From positions 1 to 14,790 of the forward strand of contig JAYUVP010000312.1 in assembly GCA_043753995.1 (NCBI GenBank): a DNA stretch of 14,790 bases, given 5' to 3'. The notes under the pieces are model-generated. The model did not search any database, had not been told where the DNA came from, and saw only the letters and a list, made by a program, of their open reading frames with translations. A program made the translations under genes and the position numbers. Positions within the stretch are counted from its first letter, which is position 1; every line of letters begins with the position of its first letter. The stretch is from Fibrobacterota bacterium. Its GTDB lineage: Bacteria > Fibrobacterota > Fibrobacteria > UBA11236. This document shows, piece after piece, positions 1 through 6,076 of the stretch.

Positions 1-2334
1 GCTTTGAAAATCCAGCCCGTAAACGCTCAAGGTGCGCCATCTTCTGAGTCAGGTAATACCGGGGCATTGGCTGTGTATCTAGACAATGATGATTATAGTG
101 GCGCAACTGTGGCCATGGGTGCCGGACACAATATTGATTTAAGCGGATTGCGCAATGGCACCGCGGGATTGACTTTTTGGGCCAAGGGCGGCCCAGGCAC
201 TAAGGCCATTTATTTGGGTCTTTTAGATGATGAAAGTGATGGCAAAAAGGTTCAAACCAAATTGTCCATCAGCGACTTCGGCGTCATCGATACGAGTTGG
301 CGTTATTTTCAAATTCCCCTGAAGCGATTCCTGCCCATCGGCAGGTTTTGGGATGGAAAGAAAAAGGCCGAATTGACGGACAATGTCGATTGGAAGGCCA
401 TCAACGAACTCCGTTTTTCGAATAATAAAGGTGAGAACAAGCCGGATGCTGGCCAGCCGGTGGCTTTCTATACCGATGAAATTCGCATTATCGAAGCCAT
501 TCCCGGTTATGTCGACCCCGATGCCTTCTGGGCCGCATTCAAAAGTAGCGAGCCTGATTTAACCTTGCACGACTTCGAGTCGGCGGCCGATCAAAAGTGG
601 GAAGTGGCCAAGGGTGAGAAATCTGAAATCGCCGCCGTGGTGATTGCTCCTAAGGGAGATGCACAGGGCAAGGGCAAGCATGCGTTGAATGTGACCTATA
701 GGCTAGCAGATTGGTGCGATGCCATGTATGACTATAAAAAGAACAGCACACCAGCCAAGAATCGTGATTGGACCAAGCATTGGGGCTTGCGATTCAGTTT
801 TTATACCGATAAGGCTTTTCAAGGCATTACGGTTCAAGTCAATGACGCTGGCAATGAAATTTTTGTCACCAATGTTGGGGGAGTCAAAGGCTGGAATGAT
901 ATCCTTGTCCCTTTTAAATCTTTCGCAAAATTCCCTTATTATCAACCCCCGGATGCTGAGCAAAACGGCACTTTCGACATCAAGGGGATTGCCAAAGTCG
1001 ACTTTAAGCCTGCCGGGGACGGTACTCGCGGAAGTTACATGATCGACAATGTGCAACTCACCAATTTGCGTGAATTGCCCAAGGTTGTCGTGGCCTCGCA
1101 TCGCAATGCCGTTGTTCGTGGTGATGTGGGCAAAATAATTACGGCTTCCATCAATCCAGGCATATTCGGTATTAATTCTGCCTTGTGGGACGGTGACTTA
1201 CTGGATACACGCACTGAAACCTTGGTGAAGGCAGTGAATCATGGCGTATTGCGGTATCCTGGTGGCTTAAGAGCCGACGAAGATCATTGGGAGCAGGTTT
1301 TAAACAAAAAAGACCATATGGTCGACATAGACGAGTTTCTTGATTTTTGCAAGAAAACCAATACCGAACCGATGATCACGGTGAACTTTGGCACCGGCAC
1401 GCCTGAAGAAGCCGCGGCGTGGGTAAAACATGTGAATGTCGTGAAAAAGGCAAAGGTCCGTTATTGGGAAGTTGGAAATGAGCTCTATGGCAATTGGCAT
1501 CCCCAATTCACTACCGGCGATGTCTATGGCAAAAAGACTGCGGACTTCATCAAGGCTATGAAAGCTGTCGATCCAACCATTGAGGTTTCCGTGGTTTGGG
1601 TGATGGACGGTGAATGGAATAAGCAAGTACTCGAAGCCACTAAAGAAATCGCTGACGCGGTCATTGTGCATCATTATCCGCAGCATTCGGGAGAAGAGAA
1701 TGACGCAGCCCTACTTTCCGCACCACAAAGCCTCGATGAGATTTTGCCATCTGTTAAAAACCAAATTAAGGAATTCGGGAAGCCAGGTAAGAAGTATGGT
1801 ATTTGGCTCACCGAATGGAATAGCGTTGATTTCAAGCCCGGTCCGCAAACCCTGAGCTTGGTCAATGGGCTATTCGTGGCCGATTATCTGGGTATGCTTG
1901 CCAAGCACAATATTGAGCATGCCGACTATTGGGACATTCACAATGACATCACCGACCAAGGTGGTGATTATGGTTATCTCAGCCGCAATGGCGCCCCGGA
2001 TGGTGACATTGTGCCACGCCCCAGCTATCACGCCTTTGCCATGGCCTCCAAAGCCTTGCGCGGCCAATTGCTGGACTGCTCGTCCAATGATGATAATGTC
2101 ACTTGCTATATGGCGAAAAAGCCTGACGGCAAAGTGTCCTTGCTTTTTATCAATAAGAGCCCCAAAACCGAAGTTACGGCCTCGCTGCAAATCAAGGGTT
2201 TAAAGGCTGGTGATAGCTGGACCTTGGATAGGTTGGATGAGACCAATAGCAAGTCCGGTCCGGTCTCTGAGGCATTTACGGGTACCAACATTGCTTTGAA
2301 GAGCTATAGCATTACCTTGCTGCAGCAGAAATAA
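1..2334 (+). CDS. Modular glycoside hydrolase, 5'-partial: two CBM11/CIA30-like beta-sandwich modules, a clan GH-A catalytic domain (GH51 alpha-L-arabinofuranosidase-like) and a C-terminal beta-sandwich
   Basis: The frame is open from base 1, so the start lies outside the window. Catalytic-domain motifs: LRYPGG, MITVNFGTGTPEEAAAWV, WEVGNE (acid/base E at 1480-1482), VHHYP, WLTEWN (nucleophile E at 1813-1815), terminal YSITLL. The N-terminal modules show CBM11/CIA30-type patterns (GLTFWAKG...WRYFQIPLKRF...FYTDEIRI; DW..HWGLRF...GWNDILVPFKSF...NGTFD...IDNVQL). The exact CAZy family is not certain. Confidence 0.8.
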   Translation, partial: ALKIQPVNAQGAPSSESGNTGALAVYLDNDDYSGATVAMGAGHNIDLSGLRNGTAGLTFWAKGGPGTKAIYLGLLDDESDGKKVQTKLSISDFGVIDTSWRYFQIPLKRFLPIGRFWDGKKKAELTDNVDWKAINELRFSNNKGENKPDAGQPVAFYTDEIRIIEAIPGYVDPDAFWAAFKSSEPDLTLHDFESAADQKWEVAKGEKSEIAAVVIAPKGDAQGKGKHALNVTYRLADWCDAMYDYKKNSTPAKNRDWTKHWGLRFSFYTDKAFQGITVQVNDAGNEIFVTNVGGVKGWNDILVPFKSFAKFPYYQPPDAEQNGTFDIKGIAKVDFKPAGDGTRGSYMIDNVQLTNLRELPKVVVASHRNAVVRGDVGKIITASINPGIFGINSALWDGDLLDTRTETLVKAVNHGVLRYPGGLRADEDHWEQVLNKKDHMVDIDEFLDFCKKTNTEPMITVNFGTGTPEEAAAWVKHVNVVKKAKVRYWEVGNELYGNWHPQFTTGDVYGKKTADFIKAMKAVDPTIEVSVVWVMDGEWNKQVLEATKEIADAVIVHHYPQHSGEENDAALLSAPQSLDEILPSVKNQIKEFGKPGKKYGIWLTEWNSVDFKPGPQTLSLVNGLFVADYLGMLAKHNIEHADYWDIHNDITDQGGDYGYLSRNGAPDGDIVPRPSYHAFAMASKALRGQLLDCSSNDDNVTCYMAKKPDGKVSLLFINKSPKTEVTASLQIKGLKAGDSWTLDRLDETNSKSGPVSEAFTGTNIALKSYSITLLQQK

Positions 2335-2341
2335 ATGCCTT

Positions 2342-2363
2342 GCCGGGAGGCGAATTTCCCGGC
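2342..2363 (+). terminator. Stem-loop just downstream of the GH stop (possible terminator or 3' stabiliser)
   Basis: GCCGGGA(GG)-CGAA-(TT)TCCCGGC, 7 nt after TAA. The G-U pairs form only on the + strand. The U-tract is weak. Confidence 0.5.
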
Positions 2364-2414
2364 TACATGTATTCTGTATTCAATTCTTTAAGACTTGCGC
2401 TAATTAAAAAACAC

Positions 2415-2457
2415 CTGAAAAGCAAAATGCCCTTCGGTTAACCAAAGGGCTTTTGTT
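2415..2457 (-). terminator. Intrinsic terminator for the RRM gene, possibly bidirectional
   Basis: Minus strand GCCCTTTGG-TTAA-CCGAAGGGC (2450-2429) followed by ATTTTGCTTTTC. On the + strand the same stem is followed by TTTTGTT. It lies between convergent genes. Confidence 0.7.
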
Positions 2458-2563
2458 GATTGAACTTATTCTAGCGCGTTGGCGGCCGAATCCATCGGGG
2501 GCCGAACGCCGGAACACCAAGCATCAAATGATTACGCGAATCAACTGATGCCCTTGGGTTCTC

Positions 2564-2836
2564 TCACCAGCGGTTGTTGCCGCGGGGACGATCTTCCTTG
2601 GGCCGTGCCTCGTTAACGTTAATCTTGCGACCTTTCAAATCCTTGCCGTTCAAACTCTGGATAGCGGAGCGAGCTTCGGAATCATTGGGCATTTCAACGA
2701 AAGCGAAACCGCGCGAACGGCCAGTTTCACGATCCATCATCACCTTGGCCGAGGAAACTTGGCCGAGGCTGCTGAACATACCTTCTAGATCACTTTGGGT
2801 AACTTCAAATGACAAATTTCCAACAAACAGATTCAT
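2564..2836 (-). CDS. Single-RRM (RNP-1) RNA-binding protein, 90 aa
   Basis: RNP2 LFVGNL, RNP1 RGFAFVEM, DRETGRSRG, INVNEARPKEDRPRG. Start reassigned to ATG 2836 (MNLFVGNL), which has AAAGGA upstream. The longer 140-aa ORF start is not supported. Confidence 0.95.
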   Translation of the reverse strand: MNLFVGNLSFEVTQSDLEGMFSSLGQVSSAKVMMDRETGRSRGFAFVEMPNDSEARSAIQSLNGKDLKGRKINVNEARPKEDRPRGNNRW

Positions 2837-2944
2837 ACAACGTCCTTTGCGTTGAAGGGTTTCCCTTGGATACCCCACATCGAGGACCATTAGGGAGCAG
2901 AAAGCTAGATATTTGTAGTCGATTTGCCCTTGCATTGGGCAGAA

Positions 2945-2974
2945 TTGTATTCCTAAACGAAGTTTTCCTATAAA
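2945..2974 (+). promoter_or_regulatory. Putative sigma70-type promoter for the lpxC operon
   Basis: TTGTAT (2945-2950), 18-nt spacer, TATAAA (2969-2974) in the AT-rich divergent intergenic region. Confidence 0.35.
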
Positions 2975-3031
2975 AATCTGTTTCATGGCCCTTAAAACCC
3001 CGGAATTCGTGGTCTGTTTAACGAGAACGAG

Positions 3032-3994
3032 ATGATTTCACCGACCCCGGACCGGTTGGCCTTGGCTGGATTCGACATGGAAAGTGGGGCCGAAGTCGGC
3101 GTCGAAATGCATTTAATGCCTCCAGGAACCACTCCACTACTCCTTTGGCCTGGGGAGCCTTTGGGCAAATCACCCGAACAATGGGCTCATTTGCCTCGTC
3201 GTGATTCTCGTCGCACCTTACTTGGAGGCGATAGTCACTGGGGTGTTACACGGGACGTTTCCAAAGATCAAGGGAATGCTTTCACTTCATTGCCGAATGC
3301 CGGGAAATTAGGCCTCACCGAGCATTTAATGGCCGCTTGGCTTTTTTTTCCTCGCATGCCTATTGCCATTCATTGCCCGCAGGGATCCCTTCCCCTATTG
3401 GATGGGAGCGCCAAACCCTATTCCGAATCTCTGTCCCAATTGGCGGTCACCGCCGGCTATGAGGCCGATGCCCCCGAAGAGTATGAATCGGGCTTGCGAT
3501 TCAAGTGGGAATGGGAGGGAGGCTTTTTATGGGCCGAGCCGAGCGAATGTTTTTCAGCCACCTACGAAATCATTCGGGGTGAGTATCGGGCGCGTTACTC
3601 CATGTCTTCGGCCTCCGAAGCTTTTGAACAGGTTTTGCCAGCAAGAACCTTTATTTTCTCCGATGACTATATCGCTTTGCGCTCACAGGGTCGTTTAATA
3701 GGCGCGAATGCGAATGCCGGTTTGCTGCTTGCGGAGTCGAATGCGGCGGCGGGGCGGGCCCGACAACTCTTGAATGATTTAGTTGCCTCGGAAAACCAGG
3801 AAAAGGGTTTGCTGCATCCTGCGCAATACCGATTCCCGGATGAAGCCGCCAGGCACAAGATGCTAGATTTACTCGGTGATTTGGCCATTTTCGGCTTGCG
3901 GCTACCGCGTTTGCGGTTGCATTTGCGCAATGCGGGTCACCACCACCACCATCGCCTTTTGGAGGCCTTGATTCATGAGCGAGCCCACCCCTGA
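3032..3994 (+). CDS. lpxC: UDP-3-O-acyl-N-acetylglucosamine deacetylase (divergent LpxC)
   Basis: TEHLMAA (catalytic E and Zn-ligand H), LPLLDGSA, PARTF, RFPDEAARHKMLDLLGDL (HKxLD zinc motif), AGH (catalytic His). Directly upstream of fabZ-lpxA. Confidence 0.9.
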   Translation: MISPTPDRLALAGFDMESGAEVGVEMHLMPPGTTPLLLWPGEPLGKSPEQWAHLPRRDSRRTLLGGDSHWGVTRDVSKDQGNAFTSLPNAGKLGLTEHLMAAWLFFPRMPIAIHCPQGSLPLLDGSAKPYSESLSQLAVTAGYEADAPEEYESGLRFKWEWEGGFLWAEPSECFSATYEIIRGEYRARYSMSSASEAFEQVLPARTFIFSDDYIALRSQGRLIGANANAGLLLAESNAAAGRARQLLNDLVASENQEKGLLHPAQYRFPDEAARHKMLDLLGDLAIFGLRLPRLRLHLRNAGHHHHHRLLEALIHERAHP

Positions 3995-4436
3995 GGCATC
4001 GGCCTTAACCTTGGATTATGCCGGCATTCTTCAAATCTTGCCGCATCGGTACCCTTTCCTTTTCATTGATGGCGTGACACGAATCGACAAAGGCCTGCGC
4101 ATCGAAGCCTTCAAGAATGTGTCTTTCAATGACGGCTTTTTTTCCGGCCATTTTCCAGCCGATCCCGTCATGCCTGGGGTTCTACAAATCGAAGCCATGG
4201 CCCAGGCTTGTTGCATTCTTATCGCCCTTTCCTTTCCCGATGAAGCCGTCGGAAAGCGCCCTGCCTTTGCTGGCATTGAAGAGGCGCGATTTCGACGTCC
4301 TGTGCGCCCAGGGGATCAACTTCGACTCATTGCTGATCTCGAAAAGTATCGCCGCGGATTCGCCATACTTAAAGCCAGGGCAGAAGTCGGCGGCGAATTA
4401 GCCGCCGAGGCGACCATCAAAGCCACCATGGTTTGA
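3975..4436 (+). CDS. fabZ: 3-hydroxyacyl-ACP dehydratase FabZ
   Basis: LPHRYPFLFID, KNVSFND, GHFP.DPVMPGVLQIEAMAQ, FRRPVRPGDQL. SD GGAGG at 3961-3965. Overlaps lpxC by 20 nt. Confidence 0.97.
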   Translation: MSEPTPEASALTLDYAGILQILPHRYPFLFIDGVTRIDKGLRIEAFKNVSFNDGFFSGHFPADPVMPGVLQIEAMAQACCILIALSFPDEAVGKRPAFAGIEEARFRRPVRPGDQLRLIADLEKYRRGFAILKARAEVGGELAAEATIKATMV

Positions 4437-4458
4437 TCCTCCTAGTTCTGCCCGGCGA

Positions 4459-5292
4459 ATGCCCTTGTCTTCCTTGATTCATCCTTCGGCTTTTATTGAC
4501 CCCGGGGCCGAAGTGGGGGAGGGATGCTCTATTGGCGCCTATGCCTGTATACAAGCTGGCGCGGTGCTTGGTCGGGGCTGCGTGATTGGTCCCTTTGCCC
4601 AGGTCCGCCAAGGGGTAACCCTCGAAGCGGAGGTAGTCCTAGATACTGGCGTTGTGGTAGGCGGAGATCCTCAGGATTTGAAATATCGCGGAGAAAGCAC
4701 TCGCGTGCGCATTGGCTCGGGAACCCGCTTGCGTGAATATGTCACGGTCAATCGTGGTACGGGACAAGGCGGCGAAACCATTATCGGGCGCCAATGCCTC
4801 ATTATGGCCTATGCCCATGTGGCCCATGATTGCCGTCTGGGCGATGGTGTGATTGTCGCGAATGGGGTGCAAATGGGTGGGCATGTGCGATTAGGCCGTG
4901 GGGCTGTGATTTCAGGAATGACAGGCCTACATCAATTCGTTTGCATAGGCGCCGGGGCCTTTATTGGTGGAAACCTGCGTGTGGACAAAGATGTTTTGCC
5001 CGGCCTAAAGGCTATGGGGGAACCCTTGCGGTGGGGTGGACTCAACACCTTGGGCTGGGAGCGGCTTGGCTATGGTCGACCCGTTCTAGCTATGGTCGAG
5101 CGCTTTTATCGGGCTATCAGACAAGAGGGCGTTGAACAATGGCCTGACCTTTGGGCGCGGACGACCAAGGATGGCAACTTAGACCAGGCAATAGGATTTG
5201 AGCTGAAGAAAGAGTTTGAAGATTTTTTTGCCCATACTCGCAGGGGCCTAGTATTACGCCTTCCCGTGCAGGGGGATTTGGCCGTAGACTAA
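4459..5292 (+). CDS. lpxA: Acyl-ACP--UDP-N-acetylglucosamine O-acyltransferase LpxA
   Basis: IHPSAFID, hexapeptide repeats, PQDLKY, REYVTVNRGT, MAYAHVAHDC, GHV, HQF, and GLN in the C-terminal helical domain. Confidence 0.95.
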   Translation: MPLSSLIHPSAFIDPGAEVGEGCSIGAYACIQAGAVLGRGCVIGPFAQVRQGVTLEAEVVLDTGVVVGGDPQDLKYRGESTRVRIGSGTRLREYVTVNRGTGQGGETIIGRQCLIMAYAHVAHDCRLGDGVIVANGVQMGGHVRLGRGAVISGMTGLHQFVCIGAGAFIGGNLRVDKDVLPGLKAMGEPLRWGGLNTLGWERLGYGRPVLAMVERFYRAIRQEGVEQWPDLWARTTKDGNLDQAIGFELKKEFEDFFAHTRRGLVLRLPVQGDLAVD

Positions 5293-5319
5293 AGACTATT
5301 CGGAGGCGATTGAAGTGGA

Positions 5320-5751
5320 TTAGGCCGGGATACGAGCCATCAAGTTCAGCTCTTCTTCAATGAGGGGCAAAATCTGCTGTTTGAGTCGCTCGAAGCAATA
5401 AACTTGCTGAAACATGGAGGTGCTGCGATGATCGGCGGCCTTTTGATGAATCCATGTGGCAATTGATGCGCGTCGTTCTTCGGCGCAATGGCAAGGCCCG
5501 ATTTCTTTCTCGATGATTGAGCTTTGACGAGTCATGTAATCACGCAAATCAAAGGGCATGTTATTCTGAAGAATAAAGACCTTGACCATGAGTTCGAGCG
5601 GGGAAGGGCCTTCGACTCGTTGAAAATCAGCGATGAATTGCAGGAGTTTGGCGCGATTGGAACGAATATAAGGCAATAAGGCTTGCTTCAGATTATCGAG
5701 CTCACCTGAGTCGAAAGCCTTTTCCAAATCTTTAACGATATCAGAGGCCAA
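5320..5751 (-). CDS. Hypothetical protein, 143 aa, predicted mostly alpha-helical
   Basis: The only sizeable ORF in the gap. TTG start with GAGGGGGG SD 4 nt upstream, its own promoter-like motif, and convergent on lpxA. No family confidently recognised. Confidence 0.75.
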   Translation of the reverse strand: MASDIVKDLEKAFDSGELDNLKQALLPYIRSNRAKLLQFIADFQRVEGPSPLELMVKVFILQNNMPFDLRDYMTRQSSIIEKEIGPCHCAEERRASIATWIHQKAADHRSTSMFQQVYCFERLKQQILPLIEEELNLMARIPA

Positions 5752-5800
5752 ATATCCCCCCTCACGTAGAATTGGTCGGCAAAGCTAGCACGCTCGTTCG

Positions 5801-5811
5801 ATAATACCAAG
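5801..5811 (-). promoter_or_regulatory. Extended -10 promoter element CTTGGTATTAT for the hypothetical gene
   Basis: TG-n-TATTAT about 50 nt upstream of the TTG start. The 11-mer is identical to the element before cysE (11134-11144). Confidence 0.65.
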
Positions 5812-5826
5812 AAGCTGTACACCTTG

Positions 5827-5845
5827 TCTTGATTGAACATCAAGA
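5827..5845. promoter_or_regulatory. Palindromic transcription-factor site TCTTGAT-N5-ATCAAGA (FNR-like half-sites)
   Basis: Perfect 7-bp inverted repeat centred at 5836, about -42 relative to the predicted promoter at 5806-5801. Confidence 0.55.
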
Positions 5846-5995
5846 TATGGAAATGTTTGGAATAGGAAATAGAGCTTTTGTCACGAAAAGAATGAGATTG
5901 TCAAGAATTTCGGCGCTTTTCAGTAAAATAAGAGTCAAGTCGAAATCGGAATAAATTCAATCCATCGTAGAGTTTTGAGCGGAGCTAATGAAGCA

Positions 5996-6028
5996 TAAAA
6001 AAACGGAGAGCCAGCTAAGGCTCTCCGT
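5996..6028 (-). terminator. Rho-independent terminator of ppdK
   Basis: Minus strand ACGGAGAGCC-TTAGCT-GGCTCTCCGT followed by a T-run (A-tract 5997-6003 on +), about 50 nt after the ppdK stop. Confidence 0.9.
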
Positions 6029-6076
6029 GGAGGTAACTGCCGCGTGACCTAGGCCCGAGGGCGGCCAAGGAGCGAA

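Noticed and set aside
1..2460. Visibly lower GC in the GH gene as a sign of horizontal transfer
   Set aside because: The difference is modest and was judged by eye only; no integrase, tRNA, IS ends or direct repeats at the boundary.
2837..2986. 50-aa N-terminal extension of the RRM ORF
   Set aside because: The RRM fold begins at MNLFVGNL, which has its own SD; the extension runs through the divergent promoter region.
3938..3952. (CAC)n repeat as a phase-variation tract or engineered His-tag
   Set aside because: Only five codons, in-frame, internal, and apparently without length change relative to the LpxC motif; no vector sequence nearby.
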